Part shown: positions 53,321-64,000 of the stretch, piece after piece
Layout of the letters: every line of letters starts with the position of its first letter
Numbering within the stretch: the stretch's first letter is position 1
The notes under the pieces: model-generated
Database searches by the model: none
The model's input: only the letters and a program-made list of their open reading frames with translations
What the model was told of the DNA's origin: nothing
Source of the DNA: Vicinamibacterales bacterium
GTDB lineage: Bacteria > Acidobacteriota > Vicinamibacteria > Vicinamibacterales > UBA8438
Assembly: GCA_965206285.1 (NCBI GenBank)
Contig: OZ242205.1
Location: 3,330,149 to 3,394,148 of the forward strand
DNA length: 64,000 bases
Direction of reading: 5' to 3'
Translations under genes and position numbers: made by a program

Positions 53321-54642
53321 CAGGACACCCCCGCGGGCGCCGACCCCGCCAGGGCGCGGCCGGGGTCGCCCGCCGGTACGATGCTCAACGCCACGCGGCG
53401 GCCCGGCGTGAGCCGCCGCGCGAGGTCCCGCACCTGATCCACACGCGTCTCGCGATAGCGGGCGCGGTCCCGGTTCAGGAACCCGGGGTCTCCGGTGAAG
53501 ACGTTGTAGGCGTTGAGCTGGTCGGACCGGCCGTTGAATCCGCCCACCGTCTGGAGACCGTACACGAACTGCGCCTCCACCTGGGCCAGGCCGCGCTCGA
53601 GCTCGTCCGCCTCGGGTCCGTCGCCGGCGAGCGCCGCGAGCTGGGCGCCGATCGCGTCGTCGAGCTCGGCCAGCCCGTGACCGGGAGCCGCGGTCGCGGT
53701 GATGCAGAACCAGCCGGCCCGCTCCCGCGAGCTCTGGGCGGCGCTGACGTCGGTGGCGATCCGGCGGTCGTGCACCAGCGCCCGATACAGCCGCGAGGTC
53801 TTCCCGCCGGCCAGGACATGGGCCAGCAGGTCCATCCCGGCATCGCCTTCGTCGAACATCGCCGGCGTCCGCCACGCCAGATACAGCCGCGGCAGCTCCA
53901 CGCGGTCCTCGAGCAGCAGGCGCCGTTCCTCCCGCGGCGCATCGGGCAGAGTCGATGCTCCCTCGCGCCTTTCCGCGGGGGGGACGGCCCGCCCGGCGGG
54001 AATCTCCTCGAAATGGCGCCGCACCGCGTCCATCGCCCGCTCCGTCTCCACGTCGCCGGCCACCGTCAGCGAGGCGTTGCCCGGGCGGTACCAGGTGCGA
54101 AAGAACGCGTGGGCGTCGTCGAGGGTGGCTGCCCGGATATCCGCGGTCTCCCCGATGGTGGTCCAGTGATACGGGTGGTCCGGGGGAAAGAGGGCGGACA
54201 TCAGGGCCATCGACGCCAGTCCGTAGGGCCGGTTCTCGTACTGCTGCCGGCGCTCGTTCAGGACGACGTCCCGCTGGTTCTCGAACTTCGCCGCGGTCAG
54301 CGCCGGCAGCAGGTAGCCCATGCGGTCGGACTCCAGCCACAGGGCGAGGTCGAGGGCGTTGGCGGGCAGGACCTCCCAGTAGTTGGTGCGGTCGCAGTTG
54401 GTCGACCCGTTGACGGCCGCGCCGGCCTGCTGCAGGGGCGTGAAGTAGTTGCGGTCGTGGTGAAGCGATCCCTCGAACATCAGATGCTCGAACAGGTGGG
54501 CGAGGCCGGTCCGCCCCGGAGACTCGTTCCGGGAACCGACGTGATACCAGAGGCTCACGGCCGCGATCGGACACCGGTGGTCTTCGTGCACGATGACGTC
54601 GAGGCCGTTGTCGAGCGTCTGCCGGGTCCAGTCGAGCATCAT
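53320..54642 (-). CDS. M16-family zinc peptidase (pitrilysin family), catalytic subunit
   Basis: MMLDWTRQTLDNGLDVIVHED...GLAHLFEHLMFEG (HxxEH). Confidence 0.9.
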   Translation of the reverse strand: MMLDWTRQTLDNGLDVIVHEDHRCPIAAVSLWYHVGSRNESPGRTGLAHLFEHLMFEGSLHHDRNYFTPLQQAGAAVNGSTNCDRTNYWEVLPANALDLALWLESDRMGYLLPALTAAKFENQRDVVLNERRQQYENRPYGLASMALMSALFPPDHPYHWTTIGETADIRAATLDDAHAFFRTWYRPGNASLTVAGDVETERAMDAVRRHFEEIPAGRAVPPAERREGASTLPDAPREERRLLLEDRVELPRLYLAWRTPAMFDEGDAGMDLLAHVLAGGKTSRLYRALVHDRRIATDVSAAQSSRERAGWFCITATAAPGHGLAELDDAIGAQLAALAGDGPEADELERGLAQVEAQFVYGLQTVGGFNGRSDQLNAYNVFTGDPGFLNRDRARYRETRVDQVRDLARRLTPGRRVALSIVPAGDPGRALAGSAPAGVS

Positions 54643-54685
54643 GATGACTTCGGGTGCGGGCGCCGCGTGGCCGCGTGCCCCGTGC

Positions 54686-55114
54686 CTACTCGCCCATGAG
54701 CTGGACGACGAAAGGACGCCGCCGCGGGCGGGTATCGCATTCGAGCAGCACGATCTGTTGCCAGGTCCCCAGGATCAGCTCGCGGCGCTCGAACGGAACC
54801 GTGAGGGAGGGTCCCATCAGCGCCGCCCGGACGTGACTGGAGCCGTTGTCGTCTCCCCAACGCGCGTGGTGCGCGTAGTGGCCGTCCCGCGGCGCGAGCC
54901 GGTCGAGGAGCTGGTTCAGGTCGGCGACCGCCCCCGGTTCGAACTCGATGGTGGTCACCACCGCCGTCGACCCGATGACGCTGGTCGTCGCCAGGCCGCT
55001 CGACAGGTCGGACTCGGACACCACGCGGGCCACGAGAGGGGTGATGTCGCGTACGTCCCCCTGGCCGGTGGTCTGGACATGATGGCGGGTGGTCGCGATC
55101 ATCGAACGGATCAT
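54686..55114 (-). CDS. yjbQ: YjbQ/UPF0047-family protein (secondary thiamine-phosphate synthase-like)
   Basis: ...TTGQGDVRDITPLV...STAVVTTIEFEPGAVADL...DDNGSSHVRAALMGPSLTVPF..GTWQQIVLLE. Start at 55114 or 55102. Confidence 0.85.
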   Translation of the reverse strand: MIRSMIATTRHHVQTTGQGDVRDITPLVARVVSESDLSSGLATTSVIGSTAVVTTIEFEPGAVADLNQLLDRLAPRDGHYAHHARWGDDNGSSHVRAALMGPSLTVPFERRELILGTWQQIVLLECDTRPRRRPFVVQLMGE

Positions 55115-55145
55115 ACTGCGGTCCGCCCATGGTACGATCGCGCCC

Positions 55146-55709
55146 ATGCTGCGCACTCTGACGGCCCGCGTCGTGATGGTTCTCGTCGTCACCGGGGCCC
55201 TCGCCGGATCGGCGGCGGGCCAGCCGGCGTTGCACTACGACCCGCCGGGAGACTGGATCGAAGAACCCGCCCCCTCGCCGATGCGGGCCGCGCAGTTCCG
55301 GCTGCCGAAGGTCCCCGGCGACCCGGAGGATGGCGAGCTGGTGGTGTTCTACTTCGGCGGAAGCGGCGGCACGGTCGACGCCAACCTGCAACGGTGGATC
55401 GGACAGATGGAGCAGCCGGACGGCCGCTCCTCGTTCGCGGTCGCGTCGACGACCGCGTTCGACGCCAACGGACTCGACGTCACCGTGTTGGACGTACCGG
55501 GCACGTATGTTGCGGCGGTCCGCCCGGGTGCGGCCGAACGCCTCGACAAACCGGATTTCCGGCTGCTGGCCGCGGTCGTGGAGACCCCCCTCGGTCCCTA
55601 TTTCTTCAAGCTGACGGGGCCGGTTCGCACCATCGCCCGCTGGGATGCGTCGTTCAGCACGTTCCTGCGCACGGTGCGGGTGGAAGCGCCGGCCCTCCCC
55701 GGCCGCTGA
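55146..55709 (+). CDS. Secreted hypothetical protein
   Basis: ATG at 55146. Signal peptide MLRTLTARVVMVLVVTGALAGSAAGQ. No recognised domain. Confidence 0.55.
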   Translation: MLRTLTARVVMVLVVTGALAGSAAGQPALHYDPPGDWIEEPAPSPMRAAQFRLPKVPGDPEDGELVVFYFGGSGGTVDANLQRWIGQMEQPDGRSSFAVASTTAFDANGLDVTVLDVPGTYVAAVRPGAAERLDKPDFRLLAAVVETPLGPYFFKLTGPVRTIARWDASFSTFLRTVRVEAPALPGR

Positions 55710-55769
55710 GGGGCCCGGGGGCGTCCGCAAAGGTCGGGGTCGTCCGGCCCGCGGCTGGCGGCGGGGGGG

Positions 55770-56726
55770 TCAGTCCGGCTCCCCGGCCGGGGGCAGCGAC
55801 GCCGACGGCGCCTGAGGCCGAACCGGAGGCGGGACGGGCGGCGGCAGCGACCCGCCTCCGGCGGGAGCCGCCACGCCGCCGAACCAGTTCAGAATGACGG
55901 CGCCGGAGCCGGTGGTCCAGGCCAGGTACTCGACGACGAACCCGGTCACTCCCAGAATCACCGCGAACAGGCGAAACGGCCCCCCAATCACGTCCAGCGC
56001 GTCGCCGAACAGCGCAGGGGTCATCAGCAGCACCAGGCCGGCCCAGAACAGCACGAAATCGGACCGCTGGCCCCGGGCCAGCACCCGGCTGACCAACTGG
56101 ACGACGCCGGTGAATCCGAGCACGAGGACCACCAGGGCCGCCACGCAGACCACCGGCACCAGCGCCAGCAGCGGAATCCCGATGATGGTGACGACGAGAA
56201 CCACCATGCCGATGATCAGCAGGGGCAGAAAAAGGAGCTGGGCGAGCAGGCCGACCACGCCGGCCTTGACCGGCTCGCGGGTCACGCGTTCCGCCACGCG
56301 GCGCGTGCTGCCGGACGCGACCAGCAACACCACCGACCCCAGCAGGCCGAGAAACGCGAACCGGATGAACGTCCCCATCAGGTCGCTCGAGCGGTACAGC
56401 ATCGGCGCCGGAGGGCGCGGCCACCGGAACCCCGGGCCGCTTCCCAGACCGCTCAGGTCGAAATCGAGGCCGTTGAAGCTCACTTCGTTCAGGCCCTGAT
56501 CGAAACGGGCGCCGGGATGCCTCGTCACCCCGCCGCCGACAATCGTGACCTCGCGTCTGGCCACCGCCTCGGGTCCGAACTCCGCCGACCCGCCGATCAC
56601 GGTCACCTCCCGGGTGACCTCTCCGTCCACGCGCAGGCGGCCGCCGATCAGGACGACCTCGCCGACCAGCCGTTCATCGACGGGGACGTGCACGTCGCCG
56701 CCGAACCGCACGATGCTGCGGCGCAC
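55770..56726 (-). CDS. Membrane protein with bactofilin/polymer-forming-like repeat N-domain and multi-TM C-domain; probably the 3' part of a split gene
   Basis: VRFGGDVHVPVDERLVGEVVLIGGRLRVDGEVTREVTVIGGSAEFG..., then 5-6 TM segments. Confidence 0.6.
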   Translation of the reverse strand: MRRSIVRFGGDVHVPVDERLVGEVVLIGGRLRVDGEVTREVTVIGGSAEFGPEAVARREVTIVGGGVTRHPGARFDQGLNEVSFNGLDFDLSGLGSGPGFRWPRPPAPMLYRSSDLMGTFIRFAFLGLLGSVVLLVASGSTRRVAERVTREPVKAGVVGLLAQLLFLPLLIIGMVVLVVTIIGIPLLALVPVVCVAALVVLVLGFTGVVQLVSRVLARGQRSDFVLFWAGLVLLMTPALFGDALDVIGGPFRLFAVILGVTGFVVEYLAWTTGSGAVILNWFGGVAAPAGGGSLPPPVPPPVRPQAPSASLPPAGEPD

Positions 56727-57508
56727 GGTGCGGCGCTGCCGCTCCGCTCCCGGTGCCGCCGGGGGGGCGGGCGCCCCGGCGGCGGGCGGCGGAGCGGGGG
56801 GGGCGGCGGAGCGGCGGCGGGCGGCGGAGCGGGGGGAGGCGGCGGAGCGGGGGGGGGCGGCGGAGCGCTGGCAGCTACCGCAGCCACGGCCGCGTCAGCC
56901 GCGGCCGCGTCAGCCGCGGCGACCGCAGCATCGGCAGTTGCAACTTCGTCTTCGGCCTCGGCGACCGCAGCGCCGGTAACCGCGGCGGCGTCCGCCACGG
57001 CGTCCCCAGCCGCCTCGGAACGCGCGCCAGCGGCAATCGCGGCATCGGCGTCGGCGTCGGCAGTGCGCGGCGGCAGCCCCAGAACGGATCGCTGCACCGG
57101 AATGTCGAGAAGCCGCAACCGGAGCAGGGGGGCGGCATCGGCGCCGAGCTCGTCGGTCAGTCGCTGCACGCTCAACGGGCCGGCGCCATCGATGTAGACC
57201 GCCTCGCCCCGGAGCTCGATCAGCGCGATGCCCCGGTCATCGCCGCGCGGCAGCAGCCCGATTCCGCCGCTGGTCTCGGTCACCCGATACTGGGCATCGA
57301 CCTCCTCCCGCAGCCCCTCCGGCCCTGGAGGCTGTGCGAACAGGGGCGCGCCCACTGTCAGCACGCCCAGGAGCCCGTGGAAAAAGCCCCGCTGCATTCG
57401 ACCGGCGATGCCGGTCTCGGTGCAGCGCGCGGTTTCACCACGAGCTCCCGGGGTCGGAACCCGTGAGGCGAGCGGCAATGCGCCCCGTCCGGCGGTACCC
57501 GTAGTCAT
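56648..57508 (-). CDS. Signal-peptide/Ala-Asp-rich/Pro-rich N-terminal part of the same gene (frame differs from 55770-56726)
   Basis: MQRGFFHGLLGVLTVGAPLFAQPPGPEG (ATG at 57397; an upstream ATG at 57508 overlaps the previous stop), then an A/D-rich low-complexity stretch, then PPPPPAPPPPPAPPP encoded by G7-G9 runs. Confidence 0.5.
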   Translation of the reverse strand: MTTGTAGRGALPLASRVPTPGARGETARCTETGIAGRMQRGFFHGLLGVLTVGAPLFAQPPGPEGLREEVDAQYRVTETSGGIGLLPRGDDRGIALIELRGEAVYIDGAGPLSVQRLTDELGADAAPLLRLRLLDIPVQRSVLGLPPRTADADADAAIAAGARSEAAGDAVADAAAVTGAAVAEAEDEVATADAAVAAADAAAADAAVAAVAASAPPPPPAPPPPPAPPPAAAPPPPPLRRPPPGRPPPRRHRERSGSAAPCAAASCGSAATCTSPSMNGWSARSS

Positions 57509-57882
57509 CGCCCCGTCCCTTTGTCGTTCGACAGCAACCGATGCAACGCGTAGAGCGCCGCGACCCCGACGATCTCGATGAAGACGATTCCCCCCCCGAA
57601 CTCCGGGGTGGTCAGGCTCGCGCCGATCGCGCGCGCGATCTCGGCCACCAGGCTCCCGGCATCGAGACCCTGCTCAAGCCCGCCAACGATCCAGACGAAT
57701 CCCTGTACCGAGAAGTTCAACAGCCGGACGACCTGCCTGACCAGGACGGGCCCGAGCAGCACCACCGCCGCCGCCAACCCGAGTATCGCGGCGACGATCA
57801 GGAGGAACAGTCGCACGATGCGGACCGCCCCGGCGGTCCACCGTGGGAACGGCCGAGCCCCTGCCGCCTCCTCGTGTGGCAT
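57505..57882 (-). CDS. Small membrane protein
   Basis: ATG at 57882: MPHEEAAGARPFPRWTAGAVRIVRLFLLIVAAILGLAAAVVLLGPVLV... Confidence 0.45.
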   Translation of the reverse strand: MPHEEAAGARPFPRWTAGAVRIVRLFLLIVAAILGLAAAVVLLGPVLVRQVVRLLNFSVQGFVWIVGGLEQGLDAGSLVAEIARAIGASLTTPEFGGGIVFIEIVGVAALYALHRLLSNDKGTGR

Positions 57883-57986
57883 TGTCGATGACCCATACGC
57901 ATCCCGGGGGCCGAATATTCGCGGGACACCCGATCGGCCTCGAGGAAGCGCGGCGGCCCACCCGCGGCCGGCCACCGGCCCGAACG

Positions 57987-59162
57987 TCAGCGCAATCCCA
58001 GGCTGAGCTCGGCAATCAGCTTGCGGTGAAGCTCGCTGGTCCCCTCGCCCACCTCGAGGGTCTTCGCCTCGAGCAGCAACCGGCCGACCTCGTACTCCGC
58101 GGAGAATCCGTAGCCCCCGAAGATCTGGATGGCGTCGAGGGCGTTCTGCGTGGCCGCCTCGCTCGCGGTGAGCTTGGCCATCGACGCTTCCAACGAGCAC
58201 CGCTCCAGCCCGGCGTCCTTCATCCGGCCGAGCCGGTAGACCAGCCCGCGCGCCGCCTCGGTCCGGCAGATCATGTCGGCGATCTTCTGCTGCACCATCT
58301 GGAACTCGCCGATCGCCTGTCCGAAGGCCCGCCGCTCGCGGGCATAGGGCAACGTGAGATCGATGGCGCGCTGCGCCTGACCGACGCACCGGGCCGCCAC
58401 CGAGAACCGCCCGGTGTCGAGAGCGGCGCCGAGAATCGGGAACCCGCGGCCCAGCTCGCCCAGGAGCGCGTCGCCGCCCACCCGGACCTCCGAGAAGTGG
58501 ACCTCCGCGATGTTGTCGCGCTGCAGCGTCCGCATCGGCAACGGGGAGATCTCGATGCCCGGCGCCGACGGCTCGACAAGAAACATGGTGACCCCGCGAT
58601 GCCCCTGCTCGGGATCGACGGTCGCGGGCACCAGGAACACCCCCGCCTCGGCCGCGTGCGAGATGAAGACCTTGCTGCCGCTCAGCATCCAGCCGCCGTC
58701 GACGGCGCGGGCCCGGGTGCGCAGGGATGCCAGATCCGTGCCGCCGCCGGGCTCGGTGAGGCAGGCCGACGCCAGGATCTCGCCGCTGGCCAGCGGCGGG
58801 AGCCACCGCTGCCGCTGCGCCGGGGTCCCGAACCGCAGAATCGAGCTGCCGACCAGCGAGTTGGCGACCGAGACCGCCGAGGCGATCACCCAGTCGACGC
58901 GGGCCAGCTCTTCGCAGACGATGCCGTAGGTCACCACGTCGCTGAACGAGCCGCCGTACTCTTCGGGAATGAGCGGCGCGAGGTAGCCCAACGGGGCCAA
59001 CCGGGCGATCAGCTCGCGCGGATAGCGCCCGTCCCGCTCGTTCTGCTCGACGGTGGGCAGGATCTCGCGTTCTGCGAACTCGCGCACCGCCGCCCGCACC
59101 TGCCGCTGGGTGTCGGTCAGGTCGAAGTCGGCCATGCGCCGGAGGAGGCTGGTCGGGGTCAT
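57987..59162 (-). CDS. Acyl-CoA dehydrogenase
   Basis: MADFDLTDTQRQVRAAVREFAEREI...CLTEPGGGTDLASL...GSKVFISHA...FGGYGFSAEYEVGRLLLEAKTLEVGEGTSE. Start at 59162 or 59135. Confidence 0.9.
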   Translation of the reverse strand: MTPTSLLRRMADFDLTDTQRQVRAAVREFAEREILPTVEQNERDGRYPRELIARLAPLGYLAPLIPEEYGGSFSDVVTYGIVCEELARVDWVIASAVSVANSLVGSSILRFGTPAQRQRWLPPLASGEILASACLTEPGGGTDLASLRTRARAVDGGWMLSGSKVFISHAAEAGVFLVPATVDPEQGHRGVTMFLVEPSAPGIEISPLPMRTLQRDNIAEVHFSEVRVGGDALLGELGRGFPILGAALDTGRFSVAARCVGQAQRAIDLTLPYARERRAFGQAIGEFQMVQQKIADMICRTEAARGLVYRLGRMKDAGLERCSLEASMAKLTASEAATQNALDAIQIFGGYGFSAEYEVGRLLLEAKTLEVGEGTSELHRKLIAELSLGLR

Positions 59163-59436
59163 GGTACGCACACGCCGGCGGGATGCATCGGGAGGTCGCG
59201 GCGCTCGCGCTCGTCGGACCGCCCGGAACCCGATCAGGCGGCGCCGGGAAGATGCGGGAGGGCGGTCCGCGGTGTCATCATCGATCCGGGGCCCGCGGCA
59301 GGAGGCCCGCTGCATTCGGCCGGCGGTGCATACTGCCCCTCGCCGGCCTCGGTGCAACGCGGGGTCTTGCCGCGGGCCTCCGAGTCTCACATTCTATCTT
59401 GGGACACGGGACGCACCGGACGGAGGGGGACCCACG

Positions 59437-60405
59437 ATGACGGATGCGCAGCGGACCGGCGGACCGGCGGTCGAGGTGCGGGCCCTGCGCGAGCCGGACC
59501 TGCCGGTCGCCACCCGCATCATGCAGCAGGCGTTCGGCGCGTTTCTCGGGGCCGCCGACCCCGCCCGCTTCATGGCGGACCGCAACTACGTGCAGTCGCG
59601 ATGGCGCGCGGATCCGTCGGCGGCGCTGGCCGCGGTCATCGACGGCGAGGTCGTCGGCTCGAACCTCGCGACCCGATGGGGCAGCGTGGGATACTTCGGT
59701 CCGCTGACGGTCGCCCCGGACCGTTGGGACCGCGGCGTGGCCTCGCGCCTGCTCGAACCGACCCTCGGCCTGTTCACCGCGTGGAACGTCACCCACGCGG
59801 GGCTGTTCACCTTTCCCCACAGCCCGAAGCACGTGGCCCTGTACCAGAAGTTCGGGTTCTGGCCCCGCTATCTCACCGCGGTCATGTCCAGGCCGGTATC
59901 CGGGTCCCCGGCCCCCGCGGCCGGCCGGCGATACTCCGAGATCGCGCCGGCTGACCGGCCGGCCGTGCTCGACGCCTGCCGGGGCCTGTCCGCCCTGCTC
60001 TACGACGGACTGGATCTCGAGCGCGAGGTGCAGGCCGCGGCCGCCCAATCGCTGGGCGACACGGTGTTGCTGGGGGACCCCGGCCGGCCGGACGGCTTCG
60101 CGATCTGTCACTGCGGCGCCGGCTCCGAGGCCGGCGCCGGACGCTGCTACGTGAAGTTCGGCGCGGCCCGCCCCGGCCCCGGGTCGGCCGACCGCTTCGA
60201 CCGGCTGCTCGCCGCCTGCCTGTCGCTGGCCGCGTCCCGGCGTCTCGCGCACCTCGATGCCGGGGTCAGCCTGGCCCGCGTCGAGGCGTACCGCGCCCTG
60301 CGGGCGGCCGGCTTCCGCACCGTCATCCAGGGAGTCTGCATGCATCGCCCGCACGAGCCGGGCTACCACCGCGCCGGCCTCTTCGTCATCGACGACTGGC
60401 GGTAG
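59437..60405 (+). CDS. GNAT-family N-acetyltransferase with extra C-terminal domain
   Basis: ATG at 59437. VEVRALREPDL...VVGSNLATRWGSVGYFGPLTVAPDRWDRGVASRLLE. Confidence 0.75.
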   Translation: MTDAQRTGGPAVEVRALREPDLPVATRIMQQAFGAFLGAADPARFMADRNYVQSRWRADPSAALAAVIDGEVVGSNLATRWGSVGYFGPLTVAPDRWDRGVASRLLEPTLGLFTAWNVTHAGLFTFPHSPKHVALYQKFGFWPRYLTAVMSRPVSGSPAPAAGRRYSEIAPADRPAVLDACRGLSALLYDGLDLEREVQAAAAQSLGDTVLLGDPGRPDGFAICHCGAGSEAGAGRCYVKFGAARPGPGSADRFDRLLAACLSLAASRRLAHLDAGVSLARVEAYRALRAAGFRTVIQGVCMHRPHEPGYHRAGLFVIDDWR

Positions 60406-60467
60406 CGCGACCTTGCGGTCGCGTTTGAAGTTTCGCTGGAGCGAAACTTCTACGGCGCAAGCGCCTG
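60405..60467. repeat. Double-hairpin REP-like element, copy 3, starting at the stop codon
   Basis: GCGCGACCTTGCGGTCGCG TTT GAAGTTTCGCTGGAGCGAAACTTC TACGGCGCAAGCGCCTG. Confidence 0.8.
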
Positions 60468-60537
60468 GAGTTCGGCCGGAGCGCGGAAGGCGAGCCTGCC
60501 TTGCGTTCCACTACAATGTAGTTATACGCTGCTCGGG

Positions 60538-60834
60538 TTGGCCGACATCCGTTTCGAGTGGGACGAACGAAAGAACACGCAGAATCAGCGCAAGCACCGT
60601 GTTTCCTTCGACGAGGCCCGGTCGGTGTTCTTCGATGAGTTCGCGATCCTCATCCCCGATCCCGACACGTCGCGCTCGGAAGAGCGGTTCATCCTGTTGG
60701 GGCTCAGCGACGTCGCCCGAACCCTGGTCGTGTGTCACTGCGCTCGAGCGGAGGGCGACGTCATCCGAATCATCTCGGCGCGCAAGGCCAATCAGGCCGA
60801 ACGGCGGGCGTACCGGCACAGGCTGAAGCGATGA
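60538..60834 (+). CDS. brnT: BrnT-family (DUF497) toxin
   Basis: FEWDERKNTQNQRKHRVSFDEARSVFFDEFAILIPDPD...RIISARKANQAERRAY. TTG start. Palindrome CTACAATGTAG at 60511-60521 upstream. Confidence 0.85.
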   Translation: MADIRFEWDERKNTQNQRKHRVSFDEARSVFFDEFAILIPDPDTSRSEERFILLGLSDVARTLVVCHCARAEGDVIRIISARKANQAERRAYRHRLKR

Positions 60835-61064
60835 GAGAACACTACGACTTCTCGACGGCGCGACGAAATCCGTATGTGAAGCGTCTGAAGCGGCAAGTGA
60901 CGATCCGGCTCGATCAGGACACCATCGACTACTTCAAGCACCTGTCCACCGACACCGGCATCCCATACCAGACACTCATCAACCTGTACTTGCGGGACTG
61001 CGCCACGAACGGCAAGAAGCTCGCCGTGCTGTGGGAGGCGCCGGCCGGCGCCGGCGCAACCTGA
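60831..61064 (+). CDS. brnA: BrnA-family antitoxin
   Basis: MREHYDFSTARRNPYVKRLKRQVTIRLDQDTIDYFKHLSTDTGIPYQTLINLYLRDCA. The ATG overlaps the brnT stop (ATGA). Confidence 0.8.
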   Translation: MREHYDFSTARRNPYVKRLKRQVTIRLDQDTIDYFKHLSTDTGIPYQTLINLYLRDCATNGKKLAVLWEAPAGAGAT

Positions 61065-61110
61065 CAGGAACCACCGGCGGGGCGGCCCCGCATTCCCGGG
61101 ACCCGCTCGT

Positions 61111-62481
<1,371 letters not shown>

Positions 62482-62570
62482 GCTGCGGTTCCGGTGTCGG
62501 TCTGCGCAACCGCCGGGCGCACCGACTGATATAGGATCGGACCTCGGTTCACGGCCAGGGCCCATACATC

Positions 62571-63917
62571 ATGATTACCGAAAGCGCGTTCATCGCCATC
62601 GCCGGTCTCGTCGCCGTGGTCGCGCTGCTCTTCCTGCTGATCACCCGCTTCAACTGGCACGTCTTCATCGCGCTGCTCGTGCCGATCGTGCTGTTCGCGC
62701 TGATTCCCGGCCTCGACCGCCAGGCGTTCATCGACGCCTTCGAGCAGGGGTTCGGGCGGACCATCCAGGGGATCGCGGTGGTGATCGTGCTCGGGTCGAT
62801 TCTCGCCGAGGCCCTCAAGCATACCGGGGGCATCGAACGGATCACGGTCTCGATGATCCGGTGGGTCGGCGAGACCCGGATGCCGCTGGCCCTCACGCTG
62901 AGCGGATTCGTCATCGGCCTCGCCATCTTCTCCGACGTCGGGTATCTCATTCTCAACCCGCTGGTCCACTCGGCCGCCCTCAACAGCGGCCTGAACATGA
63001 GCGTGATGGCGACCGGCCTCGTGGGAGCGATGCAGCTCACCCACGCCATGGTCCCCCCGACCCCCGGACCGCTGGCCGCCGTCGCCCTCGTCGGCGCCGA
63101 CATCGGCCAGGTCATCCTGTACGGCGGCATCGTCACCCTGATCGCGTCGCTGGCGGGCTGGGTCTACGCGCGCCTCGCGGGACCGCACATCGAGTCGCCG
63201 CCGTCCCGGGAGTTCGTGGGGCAGTCGTTCATCGAGCAGGGACGCGAGTCCGAGCTGCCGACGACGTGGCGCGCCTACGCCCCGATCCTGATTCCCCTCG
63301 GCCTCATCGCCGGGCAGAGCGTGACCGCCTTCGCGCTGCCCGAAGACCATCTCGTCAACGTGGCGATGCGCTATCTGGGCTGGCCGGTCGTCGCCCTCGG
63401 CATCGGCATCCTGCTCGCCTACCGGAACACCAGGGCCGATCAGGCCGCGGCGCGCACCGGGCAGTGGATCGAGGACGCCCTGCGGGCGTCGGCGATGATC
63501 ATCATGGTGACCGGCCTCGGCGGCGCCCTGAGCCAGATTCTGCGGGAGACGCCCGCCGTCGACGCCATCGCCGGCGCCGTCGCCTCCACCGGCCTGCCCG
63601 CGATCTTCCTGCCGTTCGTGCTCGGGGTGGCCGGCAACATGATCACCGGGTCGACGACGGTCGGGGTCATCACCGCCGCCTCGGTCGCCGCCCCGATGAT
63701 GGACACGCTGGGCCTGAGCCCGGAGGCGACGATGCTCGCGGGGGCGGCCGGGTCCATGATCATCAAGTACGTGAACTCGAGCTATTTCTGGGTCTGCGCG
63801 TCGCTGTCCCGCATGCCCCTCAAGTCGGCCATGCTGTCCTACGGCGGCGTCACCCTGGTCAACGGCGTCACCGCGATGGCGGTTGTGTACGTGCTGTGGA
63901 CCGTGGGGCTGATCTAG
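62571..63917 (+). CDS. GntP-family (gluconate:H+ symporter family) permease
   Basis: 448 aa, about 12 TM. ...GSILAEALKHTGGIERI...FSDVGYLILNPL...ITGSTTVGVITAA... Confidence 0.9.
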   Translation: MITESAFIAIAGLVAVVALLFLLITRFNWHVFIALLVPIVLFALIPGLDRQAFIDAFEQGFGRTIQGIAVVIVLGSILAEALKHTGGIERITVSMIRWVGETRMPLALTLSGFVIGLAIFSDVGYLILNPLVHSAALNSGLNMSVMATGLVGAMQLTHAMVPPTPGPLAAVALVGADIGQVILYGGIVTLIASLAGWVYARLAGPHIESPPSREFVGQSFIEQGRESELPTTWRAYAPILIPLGLIAGQSVTAFALPEDHLVNVAMRYLGWPVVALGIGILLAYRNTRADQAAARTGQWIEDALRASAMIIMVTGLGGALSQILRETPAVDAIAGAVASTGLPAIFLPFVLGVAGNMITGSTTVGVITAASVAAPMMDTLGLSPEATMLAGAAGSMIIKYVNSSYFWVCASLSRMPLKSAMLSYGGVTLVNGVTAMAVVYVLWTVGLI

Positions 63918-64000
63918 AGGCCCGCGGTGAACCGCGCGCTGCACCGGGACGGGTGAGGGCGCCGGCGGGCCGGGAAAGCGCCGGGGCGTTGCAGGCCTCG

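Noticed and set aside
51932-54574. 880-aa ORF suggesting a single fused M16 peptidase
   Set aside because: Its N-terminal half is an alternative frame of the catalytic M16 gene (53320-54642). The real second gene starts at the ATGA overlap at 53320.

Overview
High-GC bacterial chromosomal window. The gene content (a duplicated MacB/FtsX 'ADOP'-type permease, Ser/Thr-kinase/TolB-type remnants, exosortase-style C-terminal sorting signals, many type II TA pairs) suggests a soil Acidobacteriota/Gemmatimonadota-like organism; this is inference only. The window falls into three parts. (1) 1-7.2 kb holds a HemN-like radical SAM enzyme, an ADOP permease, a polytopic membrane protein and a secreted NHL-repeat protein. 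(2) About 7.2-35.8 kb is a heavily decayed accessory island. It carries three paralogous giant cadherin/FN3 surface-protein genes, each joined to the same 5' leader and to a stub of a GAF-sensor gene. It also has five type II TA loci (hicAB, Phd-like/PIN, vapBC, RHH/relE, plus fragments; brnTA in part 3 makes six in the window), two Uma2 nucleases and a DEAD/DEAH-DUF3516 helicase. Remnants of a serine recombinase, an ISL3 transposase, a PQQ dehydrogenase, a protein kinase, an AAA ATPase and a response regulator are present, along with a MITE-like palindromic repeat array. (3) 35.9-64 kb holds intact metabolic and housekeeping genes: a CitE/PrpD/MaoC/CoA-transferase/acyl-CoA-dehydrogenase cluster, DUF1343, FAD oxidoreductase, O-methyltransferase, amidase, rhodanese, Zn-ADH, two M16 peptidases, YjbQ, a second acyl-CoA dehydrogenase, GNAT, brnTA, aspartokinase and a GntP permease. 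I recognised no rRNA, tRNA, CRISPR/cas, reverse transcriptase or intact transposase. The best lead is the amplified adhesin-leader-GAF cassette. It has an exact head-to-tail joint, a heptanucleotide repeat of 1/3/5 units 13 nt from the start codon in adhesins B and C (1 and 3 units) and at the copy-A rearrangement joint (5 units), a conserved long leader, and a single AT-rich promoter island. Next come the families of palindromic intergenic repeats that share a CTGCGGCGCA core. Frame-disrupting lesions lie almost entirely in the island, while the long housekeeping ORFs are intact. All coordinates and motifs were read by eye from the sequence and the ORF track; no database search was possible.
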